Positions 19,246 through 28,677 of a stretch of 64,000 nt of DNA are shown in pieces (positions within the stretch are counted from its first letter, which is position 1; each line of letters opens with the position of its first letter). The stretch lies in IMG/VR virus record IMGVR_UViG_3300020213_000001; one strand, given 5' to 3'. Made by a program: the position numbers and the translations under genes. The notes under the pieces were generated by a model, which saw only the letters and a program-made list of their open reading frames with translations, made no database searches and was not told the DNA's origin. Source of the stretch: a virus.

Positions 19246-20277
19246 TCAGTATGACTTAACAATCCTGTCGGAAATATTTTTACTGCGATCTTCTTTAAGT
19301 TTTTGAGTCTGTTCTTTGATTTTAGAAAGGGTAACCTCTGTATCTAGCATACAGTTTACGCTATTGTCACCCTCAGAAGCATTGATGGGTGATTGATTAC
19401 CACCAGTAGTGCTGGTAGTTTGACCATATCCATAATATGACGAGTCGCCAGTCTTCTCCAAGTGATTATCGTAACACTTTTGTCCGAACTGTCCGCCACT
19501 GGAAAGGAACTTTACCAACGAGACTTCTCCTCTGGTGGTTGATACATTTGCCTGAACACCTAGTACATTTGTATTAGTGGGGCATTTAGAGAGAAGGATA
19601 TCAAAAGACATACCGAAAAACTTAACGGTAATGCCCCTTTTTCCTTGCAAAGTAGCATCACATTTTACGGTTACAACTGCGTCAGCATAACCCTGAGCCA
19701 CAGCCTGTTTGCCCAAAAGCCACATTTCGTTTTCATAATGAGCGCGATATGTTTTAAGTGTCTGTTTACCACCAGTACGTTTAACGGTCTGATCATCCAT
19801 CTCTTTAATAATGGATAGCCACAAAGAGTAACGGGCATCCAACTGACTTTGGCCGTCTGAAAACTCACCAGTAAATCCTCCACGAGCCTTGTGTGACATA
19901 AGTACCCCATTCTCTAGGATATATCGCTCACCTAGCTGTTGTACGGTTTGGAAACCCATACTAGCAGCGAACAATGTAATCGTGTGTACTGGGCGATTAA
20001 GGCCTTTTAGGGCTTCGTAAAGCTCTAGTCCGTCTTGGATACTTCCACCAGGAGTGTATAGGAACAAATATAGAGGCTGTTTGCTCTCTAGTTTAGAGTC
20101 GAGTTGACGAGCACTTTCAATTAGGGCTGAAACACTAGCTCCGTCGAATTCCTGATCCAGAACTAGAGTGTTCTCTTCAGAGAGTACAATCTGACGTGGC
20201 TTGGTTTCTTCCTTAGCACTAACGAGGTTTGCTAGCATCAAAGCAGATAGCAGAGCCAGCAGAATGAACGTTTTCAT
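19246..20277 (-). CDS. ClpP-like serine protease with signal peptide
   Basis: LFLYTPGGSI..GL.LY, AASMG (Ser), MSH (His), E.W....A...GYAD; N-terminus MKTFILLALLSALMLANLVSA. Confidence 0.85.
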   Translation of the reverse strand: MKTFILLALLSALMLANLVSAKEETKPRQIVLSEENTLVLDQEFDGASVSALIESARQLDSKLESKQPLYLFLYTPGGSIQDGLELYEALKGLNRPVHTITLFAASMGFQTVQQLGERYILENGVLMSHKARGGFTGEFSDGQSQLDARYSLWLSIIKEMDDQTVKRTGGKQTLKTYRAHYENEMWLLGKQAVAQGYADAVVTVKCDATLQGKRGITVKFFGMSFDILLSKCPTNTNVLGVQANVSTTRGEVSLVKFLSSGGQFGQKCYDNHLEKTGDSSYYGYGQTTSTTGGNQSPINASEGDNSVNCMLDTEVTLSKIKEQTQKLKEDRSKNISDRIVKSY

Positions 20278-20316
20278 GAATCTCCCTTATATAGACCCGA
20301 AATAGATCTATTTTAA

Positions 20317-20622
20317 TTATAATACCACGGTATTTTTGCATATCATTGAGTAAATAACCTTATTTCCATCTTTATCTCGAATAATAACGTAATCATCAAC
20401 CAGGTTGAAGTTGTTTAGGTCTTTTATAAAGAAATCATAGTTGAGATTAGAGCTTGCCTTGGAAGAAACTAAATTTTTATAAAAAATGCTGACGTTAAAT
20501 CTTTCGATCTTATCTACATTATATGCACATTTTATGTCTTTCTTAGGCAATACGGCAAATACTTTTTCTGTTAGAATAATCATAAAAAGCAACAAGATAA
20601 TCTTTTTCATTAAAACTCCCAA
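20317..20622 (-). CDS. small exported protein
   Basis: MKKIILLLFMIILTEKVFA signal-like sequence. Confidence 0.6.
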   Translation of the reverse strand: MGVLMKKIILLLFMIILTEKVFAVLPKKDIKCAYNVDKIERFNVSIFYKNLVSSKASSNLNYDFFIKDLNNFNLVDDYVIIRDKDGNKVIYSMICKNTVVL

Positions 20623-20963
20623 CCGATATTGATGTTTGCAGAACTTTGTCTGTTTTCAAAATTATAGCTGACGTTAGGTTGTATTCTTGCCCCAAGTGAC
20701 TTGAATCTAATTTTAGCAAACTTATTGGAATCAATATTTTTGCTGTAAGCAATGGCGGCAACGGCCCCTACCGCCCCCATAGTTGACTTATCTACATTAA
20801 TGGCTTTTAAGGCTTTCCTTTCTGCCGTTTTCCTGTACTCTTTAACTTCACTATAGCCAAGAATAGCCCTGTAAATGCCCGAAAATGCTTCCCTTTTTTC
20901 GTCAGCGTTACAAGTAGTTGAAAACAGTATAAAGATAATAACCATCATGTAACCATTATACAC
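20610..20963 (-). CDS. small exported protein ending in two beta-strands and a terminal Phe
   Basis: Signal-like N-terminus; C-terminus IQPNVSYNF...ANINIGWEF. Confidence 0.6.
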   Translation of the reverse strand: MYNGYMMVIIFILFSTTCNADEKREAFSGIYRAILGYSEVKEYRKTAERKALKAINVDKSTMGAVGAVAAIAYSKNIDSNKFAKIRFKSLGARIQPNVSYNFENRQSSANINIGWEF

Positions 20964-20978
20964 CAGTATGGTTATTAG

Positions 20979-21644
20979 TCAAGTGTCTACTTTAGCCTTT
21001 ATCTTCTTAATTTTAGACAGTGTGGCTAGAATATCACCTATCTCTGTAGGCTCTACGTTTAATTCTATAGTGTTGCCGTCAACATGCTTCATAGTGCCTG
21101 AATTCATATTGATATTCACCAGTGGTTGGTTTATAGACCCCGGCTTACCTGAAATAGTATCTTGCATTAGTCCGTCTACAATTTCTATAGATTTAAGGTA
21201 TTGTCCAAACATCTTTTGATCAAAGTTCTTGATAATACTAGCGTCTTTAGTTTTGTGGTACCTGTAGCCTTCTTTTTTAAAAAAGTCGTTCATAGCTGAC
21301 AACAGCAACATCATAGTATCTACAGTTTCTAGTTTTGATTTCTGATATTTTTGAAGAGAGTGTGATGCTAACTCGCTGTAATAACTGATGCGTTTTTCAA
21401 ACCAGTTGTGTTTCTCACTTACAAAAAGTACTATTTCTTTCCTTACGCTGACTATTTTTGATATCTCTGAATATGTTTTGCCGGACATATATAGGTCAAA
21501 ACAGGTTAGAAAAATCTCCTCACCCTCTCCCACTATTTTAGCAAGGCCAGGGCACCCCTCCCTTCTGAAATTAGCCAACAAACCCAAATCTTCTTGGCTA
21601 AAGTCTTTCTCAACAACTTGTACTGGTGTTATACCTTTTTCCAC
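20979..21644 (-). CDS. HTH protein, possible terminase small subunit
   Basis: FDLYMSGKTYSEISKIVSV...KHNW followed by helices. Confidence 0.45.
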   Translation of the reverse strand: MEKGITPVQVVEKDFSQEDLGLLANFRREGCPGLAKIVGEGEEIFLTCFDLYMSGKTYSEISKIVSVRKEIVLFVSEKHNWFEKRISYYSELASHSLQKYQKSKLETVDTMMLLLSAMNDFFKKEGYRYHKTKDASIIKNFDQKMFGQYLKSIEIVDGLMQDTISGKPGSINQPLVNINMNSGTMKHVDGNTIELNVEPTEIGDILATLSKIKKIKAKVDT

Positions 21645-21958
21645 TCTTTACCATCTTTGTTTACGAACACTTCTGTTTCTGACCAAAACAGCATCTTAGT
21701 AGAGATTGCCAGTCGGTCTACTCCTAACTGGAATTCTTCCCCTGAAACTTCTTCTTTTAGTTTGATATCAAACGTAACACTTCCTGCAAAGAAATTATGG
21801 CTATTGTCAATAAAATTCCACTCAACCTTAGCCTCATCAACATTGGAGAAGAAGATAAAGGGCCATGTCTTGAGGTTTTCTTTTTGAAAATCAGACAAGT
21901 TCTTAGACAGGGATAGCATATTCCTGTGGTCATCTACGATGCTGTTTTTAGCTTTCAT
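21629..21958 (-). CDS. hypothetical protein
   Basis: In-operon ORF. Confidence 0.7.
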   Translation of the reverse strand: MKAKNSIVDDHRNMLSLSKNLSDFQKENLKTWPFIFFSNVDEAKVEWNFIDNSHNFFAGSVTFDIKLKEEVSGEEFQLGVDRLAISTKMLFWSETEVFVNKDGKEWKKV

Positions 21959-22940
21959 TTAGTGTCCTGAGGTATGTTTCTATATCTGCCTTGCTCACGT
22001 TATTGGTGGGATTAAAACAGTTGTTTAGAAAATCGTGAACCGATTGTAAATTGCTCTTATCTGTTTTTGCAGATCTCCTGTCAGTAGGTCTTGCTTTAAT
22101 CTGAGCTAACCCCTTGTATTTCTTTTTTAATTTAGTTATCCAAGCCGCTTGTCCGCACAATTCAAGATAGTTTCTAGCCTCTGGAACTAGGGTGGGCTCT
22201 TCGTCACCCTCATTGACTGTAAATTTATAAATAGGAGATACAATTTCTTTAGTAGAGAAGAATTCTACACTAGAGACGGAGCCGTCTTCATTGTGTTTGA
22301 ATATATGTACCCCTTTCTCTTCATTTGCGTCTGAAATAGTATCCCATTTAGCTGTACCTACATAAAAACACTTACCAACCTGTTGTTTTTTATGAATATG
22401 TCCTGAAATGATAGATTTTTGTGGAATTTTATCTGGATCGATGCCGTATGGATCGTAAAATCCATTTTCATACTGAGCACCTGTGAAAGGCTGATGGGCT
22501 ATGATCAGCTCGGTACAACCACTTTCGTATAGTTTTTTTGCTGAATCTATAAAATCTTCCTCCGTGTGTTTGTAGGAGATATAGCCGATTCCATCTAGTA
22601 TCATGTCTTTATCTGCAACCCAGATACGATTAGTCAAACCTGTCCACTCTGAAAATGGCCCCATTGCATTCATGTTTGATTTTTCTTTTGATCCTTGCAT
22701 GTCGTGATTTCCCAACAAAAACAACACCCTGCAAAGTTCACTGAATTTTTTTATATTTTCAGACCAGAAGTCTTGAACCTCAATGCGAATAACCGCATGA
22801 GTGTCAAATTGATCACCCATGAATTCAATGCGGTCTACTTTGTGTTCCTTAGCTAGAGCATAGACGTAGTCCATCAATTTCTGACTATCTTTCAGGTTAG
22901 AAACTTTAGTATGCGGATCGCCAACTCTAATGATTTTCAC
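21948..22940 (-). CDS. SbcD/Mre11 (gp47-like) nuclease
   Basis: GDPH, GDQFD, GNHD, AHQ, SGHIH. Confidence 0.88.
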   Translation of the reverse strand: MKIIRVGDPHTKVSNLKDSQKLMDYVYALAKEHKVDRIEFMGDQFDTHAVIRIEVQDFWSENIKKFSELCRVLFLLGNHDMQGSKEKSNMNAMGPFSEWTGLTNRIWVADKDMILDGIGYISYKHTEEDFIDSAKKLYESGCTELIIAHQPFTGAQYENGFYDPYGIDPDKIPQKSIISGHIHKKQQVGKCFYVGTAKWDTISDANEEKGVHIFKHNEDGSVSSVEFFSTKEIVSPIYKFTVNEGDEEPTLVPEARNYLELCGQAAWITKLKKKYKGLAQIKARPTDRRSAKTDKSNLQSVHDFLNNCFNPTNNVSKADIETYLRTLNES

Positions 22941-22943
22941 TAT

Positions 22944-23411
22944 TTAAACCCCTCTTCCATCTTTGCGGCTCATATCTAATCTAGTATATTCTCCCTCTTT
23001 TGATATTACCACACTTATATCTGGTAATTTTGAATAGAATTCGACACTACCAAATGCGGTATATAGCTTATCAAAATAAATAGTCTTTACCTTTGATCTA
23101 AAACAAGCCCTGAGACACTCTAAACAGGGAGATAGAGTACATATTACGGTAGACCCCTTAGTCCCAATAGACTCTGCGTTACAGTTGTAAAGCATGTTGC
23201 GCTCTGCATGTTGAATCAATTCATACTTTAAAGGCCTGGTACAAGGCAGGTCTTCATCTGGAGCGCCTTGGCAAAAACCATTAAAACTACCTGCTATTAA
23301 ATTGCCGTCTGAACTTAGTAATATTGCTCCCACTTTTGTCTCAGTATCTGGAGACAGTTTTTTAATCACATGGGCAATTTCCATGAAAATATTGAGTTTA
23401 CTTAGCTTCAT
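22944..23411 (-). CDS. dCMP deaminase
   Basis: KVGAIL, FNG, HAERN, TLSPCLEC. Confidence 0.9.
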   Translation of the reverse strand: MKLSKLNIFMEIAHVIKKLSPDTETKVGAILLSSDGNLIAGSFNGFCQGAPDEDLPCTRPLKYELIQHAERNMLYNCNAESIGTKGSTVICTLSPCLECLRACFRSKVKTIYFDKLYTAFGSVEFYSKLPDISVVISKEGEYTRLDMSRKDGRGV

Positions 23412-23712
23412 GTTCTACAAACAAAACGGAATTGTAGTCTACCACTACGTATGACCCTTCAATGTTTTCAGTAGTGAAGGACATGTTTTCGTGATAGGTT
23501 TTATTGGAGTAAACGACATCTTCTTTCAAATAAACGGTATCACCAGCCTTGATTACAACCCCACCATCAATCTTAGCGTCTTTAAGCACCTTAAGTCCCA
23601 CGATTTGTGATTTCTGAGTAATCATAGCAACACCGCCGCGAATTTCTGACTTAAGCTCTTTCTTACCCTGATAGGGCTTACAAATGATGTTTTTCCCGTA
23701 ACTAACGATCAT
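23398..23712 (-). CDS. GroES-like co-chaperonin
   Basis: 104 aa; NIICKP, mobile-loop-like IRGGVAM, IKAGDTVY, YVVVDYNSVLFV. Confidence 0.65.
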   Translation of the reverse strand: MIVSYGKNIICKPYQGKKELKSEIRGGVAMITQKSQIVGLKVLKDAKIDGGVVIKAGDTVYLKEDVVYSNKTYHENMSFTTENIEGSYVVVDYNSVLFVEHEAK

Positions 23713-24740
23713 ACATCGACTCCCTTTAATTTAATAATTTTTTTCTCGATCAAATTTAAACTTTGTGCAGCATTATAGACGTGGTTCATGGTATCGTGTT
23801 TTTCTAAATTTTCTTCAATATTCATATCTGGACACTCTGTAGCGTCGTAGATTCCTCCATATTTTGCGTCTTCTTTGTCTAAATTAGCATTGGCGTTTGT
23901 ATACCCAGAACTATTTAAAAGAGATTCAATATGCTCCATTGAAATTGGCAGCTTAGGAGAAGATCTTCCTGCCTCTATGTCTTTTTGAAAGCTTTCGTTT
24001 ACTACTTCAGCAAGTACTTTAATATCGTCAATCCCCATCCTACCTCGCAATGCATTTGAACGATATAGGATTTTACGATCACTAGGGTATAGGCGTATAA
24101 AAGTTTTTGAATACTCTTCAATCAAAAACCCAACCATTCTGCCAATACCTACGGAACGCCAAACTGTGCTGTAATCCCCGGTGTACTTGTCAACGCCGGA
24201 AATAAGACCATAGGTGCATATTCCAATAAAATCAAGCAGGGTGTGGTGTGATTTTGGAGTTTTGTTGTAGAATATCTTAGCCTGATTTACAACCTGCGGT
24301 AGGTTGTTTTCAATAAGAATTCTTCTTGTTTCAACTAATTCATCAAAATACTGTTTTGATTTTCCCGGGAGAGCTTGATCGTAATTATTTACTATGAAAT
24401 TTGCAAACTGATAGTTTATATTTAGGGACATCAGAGATTTTACGTTTTTAGTTCTAATGGCTACAGAAAGTCCCTTTAGAGATGAAGACATTTCTCTAAA
24501 ATATGTTTGAGCACTTAGTATGTTTCCTAGATCATTGTTTACGTAATCAATAAACTTAAGGTAGACTTCTTCAGATTTCGCATACTTGCAGATTTCATTG
24601 CGAAACCTACGTTCGCATTTAACTAAACTTTCAACCTGTTTTTGCTGATCTCCTATCAATCCCTCATTAGCATCAAGGACAAGTCTAATGCCCTGAGCTA
24701 GTTTTTGGAATCCTCGATCAACAAAAAATTTCTTCGCCAT
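23709..24740 (-). CDS. phage sigma70-family factor, truncated in region 4
   Basis: Region 2-like LIENNLPQVVNQAK...DFIG....GLISGVDKY; ends LNLIEKKIIKLKGVDV without the 4.2 HTH. Confidence 0.75.
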   Translation of the reverse strand: MAKKFFVDRGFQKLAQGIRLVLDANEGLIGDQQKQVESLVKCERRFRNEICKYAKSEEVYLKFIDYVNNDLGNILSAQTYFREMSSSLKGLSVAIRTKNVKSLMSLNINYQFANFIVNNYDQALPGKSKQYFDELVETRRILIENNLPQVVNQAKIFYNKTPKSHHTLLDFIGICTYGLISGVDKYTGDYSTVWRSVGIGRMVGFLIEEYSKTFIRLYPSDRKILYRSNALRGRMGIDDIKVLAEVVNESFQKDIEAGRSSPKLPISMEHIESLLNSSGYTNANANLDKEDAKYGGIYDATECPDMNIEENLEKHDTMNHVYNAAQSLNLIEKKIIKLKGVDV

Positions 24741-24759
24741 ATACTATATTACCACAGTG

Positions 24760-26244
24760 TTATCCAACTATTTTGACCGTTTCGCCCGTTTCTTCATAAT
24801 ACTCAATACGCTTTTTTAAATGGTTTTCTAGAATGTGATGTCCCTTTACGTCAAAATCATAGATAAGACTATGAGGCTTTGGTTTATGAAACTGTCTGTA
24901 TTTTGATATTTCAAGCTTACGAGTGCTTCGGCCCATGGTACCTTGCTTTGTTACTATCTCAGAACTACCACCAGCCCAATTGATTGTATTGTGGGTGGGA
25001 TAAAAATTTACGCCGGTTGATACGCTTCTAGTTCCGATAAGAACGCGCACTTGGCCACTATTGAAACGTTCGATTTCATCCTGTGCGTTAACCTTCTCCA
25101 AACCCTCTTCAGCAGCGTCTTTTTTGGAGCCAGAGTGTACATAGGTGAAAGGGACTGTCAGCAAATCTTTAAGCATCTTAATTTGAGAAAGCTCTTCTAC
25201 TAGGATTAGTGTGCTCTCTTGTTTCATGCTCCATGAAGCGTTGGCAATCTTAGCGGCTATTTTTGCAATTTCTTTGTTTCTTAAAAAATGTACTCGCTTT
25301 ACCTCCATTGGGTCTTTAATCTTACGAGCAGAGGGAGAGAAAGTGTTGATTATTTTGAATTTAAGAGGGCACAGGAACTTTCCCTCTATCCCTTGTTTAA
25401 TGGTCATCTTGTAAACACACTTTCCAATTATTGAATCGTGAAGTTTTTGACCAGTAGAGCGTATCTGAGTACCGGAAACAAAGAAACGGTAAGGTACATT
25501 GTATAGAACGCCGTGACAAGCATCGCTTAGAGTGTCTGAACTAAAGGAATGTGCTTCGTCAACCGCTATAACTTCTTTTTCCTTAAAGAATTTGTATGCG
25601 GGTGTATCCTTCTTAATCATTGCAATGCTTTTAGAGATGGCTACGGTGACTTGTTTTGTTATATCTTTTTTGCCGTCTCCAAAGCCGCCCACTTTGTTTT
25701 TTCCTAAGTAAGTTTCAAAAAGGTCTAACAGTTCACAAAAAATACTTTGACTTGGAGTTACTATTACAGTTTTTAGCCCAAGGCGCTGGGTTACCATTAG
25801 CAAAACATTCGATTTACCCAATCCTGTAGATAAATCTATATGACCATGGCGTTCTTCGATCAAGCCGTCTACACTTGCTGCCTGGTAGTAGTACGGCTGG
25901 AATTCCAACGGTTTAGCCCACTTGATCGGGCTGGCCTTGGGATAAATCACCTCGGTCTTAACAGTGTATTGGAGGCCAACGATAAAGGGAATTGATCCGG
26001 GTCTGATTATCCACTGACCATCTTCAAACCTAACCACATTAGTCCACAATTTATCTTTAAGATCTTCATATGCAGCTTCATAGCCGCTAGGATTATTTCT
26101 ACGAAACCATTGGTTGTTCCTAAGACGAGTCATGTTGTTCTCAACTACTCCGTCCTTATATCTAAACTGACTCTCAAGTCTAGATAGCTCTTCAGTTGTA
26201 CCTGAAACATGAGCTACACTAGGGTTTTTAATGATTATCTCCAT
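24760..26244 (-). CDS. UvsW-like SF2 helicase
   Basis: YYQ, STGLGKS, VDEAH, SGT, STGVN, QGTMGRSTR, IYDF. Confidence 0.88.
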   Translation of the reverse strand: MEIIIKNPSVAHVSGTTEELSRLESQFRYKDGVVENNMTRLRNNQWFRRNNPSGYEAAYEDLKDKLWTNVVRFEDGQWIIRPGSIPFIVGLQYTVKTEVIYPKASPIKWAKPLEFQPYYYQAASVDGLIEERHGHIDLSTGLGKSNVLLMVTQRLGLKTVIVTPSQSIFCELLDLFETYLGKNKVGGFGDGKKDITKQVTVAISKSIAMIKKDTPAYKFFKEKEVIAVDEAHSFSSDTLSDACHGVLYNVPYRFFVSGTQIRSTGQKLHDSIIGKCVYKMTIKQGIEGKFLCPLKFKIINTFSPSARKIKDPMEVKRVHFLRNKEIAKIAAKIANASWSMKQESTLILVEELSQIKMLKDLLTVPFTYVHSGSKKDAAEEGLEKVNAQDEIERFNSGQVRVLIGTRSVSTGVNFYPTHNTINWAGGSSEIVTKQGTMGRSTRKLEISKYRQFHKPKPHSLIYDFDVKGHHILENHLKKRIEYYEETGETVKIVG

Positions 26245-26282
26245 CCACTATAATACCACGCCATTAGGGCAATCTTTGTTGT

Positions 26283-27050
26283 ATGAATGAAAATAACTAC
26301 ATACACACCAACTACGGACTTTCTCTTTACCCTAACGCTACTGAGCCAGATAATGAGAATGGAATATACTTTTTAATTTTATTTTATATACTTAAAAATG
26401 CAAACAAGTCTCTAGTGGACGCAGATGTTGAAAATTTCAAAGAAACCGTAGAAAATTTGACAACTTACAGCCCATACGGTAGAATTAAGGGTCTGTATGA
26501 TAGGGTAGCTGGAGATTCACTAGATATCGAAAAATCCAATGTTAATAAAATTTCTCACGACAATTTATCTGCTATCTCTGCATTTTCGCGTCTTTTTAGT
26601 GACAAAATGTCATTCCACAAAGAACTAGCCAGCTATGGTTATAAAAAACTAATGAAATACGACAACGGCTACCCAGATAGTCCTAGGTGGATTTACAAGC
26701 AAAAGAGCGGTCAAACTAGCACATCTTTTCAGTGGCATCCTAGGGATTGGTTTTTTTGGTTAACAAATGGTGGGTATTGGTGGGCTTGGGTTTTCTTTCC
26801 TGTTTTCTTTTTTGCTAACATCATCTCTTGTTTTAGCCCAAAAGAGAAAACCTCTGGGAAACTCCTAATGTTTATGCGTCTTGAATCTGGTAGCAATTGG
26901 TCTAGTCTCATGTGGCTTAATAAGAAAATATGCTATTGGGTGTTGCGTAAGAAATACGGAAAAGACTGGCTAAATCAAGTATGCTCTATTTATTTCTGGC
27001 AAGAAGAAACATCGCCTATTAGAGAGTTGGCTAAGGGTTTAGACCTGTAG
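26283..27050 (+). CDS. hypothetical Trp-rich protein with a hydrophobic segment
   Basis: 255-aa ORF preceded by GCAATCTTT; co-oriented with the endolysin. Confidence 0.75.
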   Translation: MNENNYIHTNYGLSLYPNATEPDNENGIYFLILFYILKNANKSLVDADVENFKETVENLTTYSPYGRIKGLYDRVAGDSLDIEKSNVNKISHDNLSAISAFSRLFSDKMSFHKELASYGYKKLMKYDNGYPDSPRWIYKQKSGQTSTSFQWHPRDWFFWLTNGGYWWAWVFFPVFFFANIISCFSPKEKTSGKLLMFMRLESGSNWSSLMWLNKKICYWVLRKKYGKDWLNQVCSIYFWQEETSPIRELAKGLDL

Positions 27051-27067
27051 ACTTCCTTGGAGTAATC

Positions 27068-27532
27068 ATGATTGACTGGACTAATTCAGAACAAAAAATC
27101 TCTAAATACTTTAAAGTCAAGGAAGTTCTTCTTCTTCCTAGTTGGGGCGTTTACCATGTTCCATCTGAACAGGAAAAAGAAGAAATTGTAAAGCTAGCCC
27201 AAATAATGGACATCATTAGAGAGAAATTTAATGCAAGCATATCGGTGCATTGCTGGATAAGACCTACATCTGCAAACTGCCCTGGATCACGGTATCACGG
27301 TAAAAACTACAACCTAGAGGTAGGAAGTACTAGTACTAAGTCAGGCCATATATTCGGAATGGCGATTGATTTCCACGTAAAGGGTTACGAAGGTAAAGAC
27401 GGCTGTGCTAAAGTCAGAGCAGCTTTAGAGCCTATTTTAGAAAGTCTAGATATTCGTATGGAAGACATAGACGGAAGCTGGGTCCATGTTGATACAAAAC
27501 CAGTGATAAGTAAGAGGTTTTTTAAGCCCTAG
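27068..27532 (+). CDS. peptidase M15-family endolysin
   Basis: SKYF, WIRP, SGHIFGMAIDF, WVHVD; GGAG RBS. Confidence 0.85.
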   Translation: MIDWTNSEQKISKYFKVKEVLLLPSWGVYHVPSEQEKEEIVKLAQIMDIIREKFNASISVHCWIRPTSANCPGSRYHGKNYNLEVGSTSTKSGHIFGMAIDFHVKGYEGKDGCAKVRAALEPILESLDIRMEDIDGSWVHVDTKPVISKRFFKP

Positions 27533-27565
27533 AGTCGCTTACAATCGCACTAATTGATATCCTAA

Positions 27566-28603
27566 TCATTTCCCACTATATCCAACGTATACTTCCCTAT
27601 CCATCAAGTCAACAAGATTTTGAAGCATAATCACTTCATTGTTGTAGTTTTCAACACCTGTGACTGATAGGTAGGCTTTTTTAATACCCAAGGGGTGTTT
27701 TCTAAGGACACGAGCAAAAAGCTGATTGCGATTGTCTAAGTCATTGCTTTTCTTCATATCTACCAGACAAGTGATACTTTCATCTGAAAATCCCAACACT
27801 CCCTTACCGACTACAATCAACACACCAGCACTAGCCTTCTTAAAGGCCTCTATTTGCTCATTAGAGGCATCGTTGTGACTAGTGCTAAGAAAGGTATGAT
27901 TACCCAGCTCTAGCAGCTTATTGTTGATTTTACGGGCTTGAGCAATCGTTTTACATGCCCACATCACCTTACGCATGTCATACCCTTGTTTTTTAGCGTG
28001 AGCATATACCGCTCCAACATCACTGTCTTCAGCCTTAACAACATCTAGGTCTACAGCACTGAACACATCGTTATCCACTAGATCAGAAGCCGCAATGAAG
28101 TAAATCCCGAATTTCTTGGTGTTTTCGTAGGAGCTATCCACTTCGTTGTTATAATTAATGAAACAAGAAGGGCTGCCTGTCATGAGTATTTGATGCTTAG
28201 GCTTATGTTTAGAGATGATTGAGTTAACCATAGGTGCAGAGTAATACTGGTGAGCCTCATCTATTACCAGAAGATCGATGGAATCAATTTTGCTAGCATT
28301 GACTGGAATGCCAACTTCAACCTGTGAGTTAGATGCGAATAAACCGAATGTGAAGTTTGGCTTAACATGAGCGTTGGTGAAGTTTTCAATCAACTGAGAC
28401 TTAAGACAGGTTTGATTGTGAGCTAGAACTTTACACTTAGCATTTGGGAAAAGCTTAAAAAAATCATTCAGGATCAGGATCAGGATAGTACTTTTACCAC
28501 TACCCGGGCACGCTCCAAGAACAGCGGCTTCGTACTTATTTGAAAGCGCCATGCTAAGAGTGGCTTTTGCGGCTTTAATCTGGAAGTCATAGTTACCTTT
28601 CAT
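27566..28603 (-). CDS. short SF2 (DEAH) helicase/ATPase
   Basis: CPGSGKS, IDEAH, MTGS, QLFARVLR. Confidence 0.8.
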   Translation of the reverse strand: MKGNYDFQIKAAKATLSMALSNKYEAAVLGACPGSGKSTILILILNDFFKLFPNAKCKVLAHNQTCLKSQLIENFTNAHVKPNFTFGLFASNSQVEVGIPVNASKIDSIDLLVIDEAHQYYSAPMVNSIISKHKPKHQILMTGSPSCFINYNNEVDSSYENTKKFGIYFIAASDLVDNDVFSAVDLDVVKAEDSDVGAVYAHAKKQGYDMRKVMWACKTIAQARKINNKLLELGNHTFLSTSHNDASNEQIEAFKKASAGVLIVVGKGVLGFSDESITCLVDMKKSNDLDNRNQLFARVLRKHPLGIKKAYLSVTGVENYNNEVIMLQNLVDLMDREVYVGYSGK

Positions 28604-28677
28604 GTTATTATAATAGCACGATTTTACAGATAGTGGTATCTGTATTTGTAACTACTACTTAGCGTAAGTAGTTGTAT

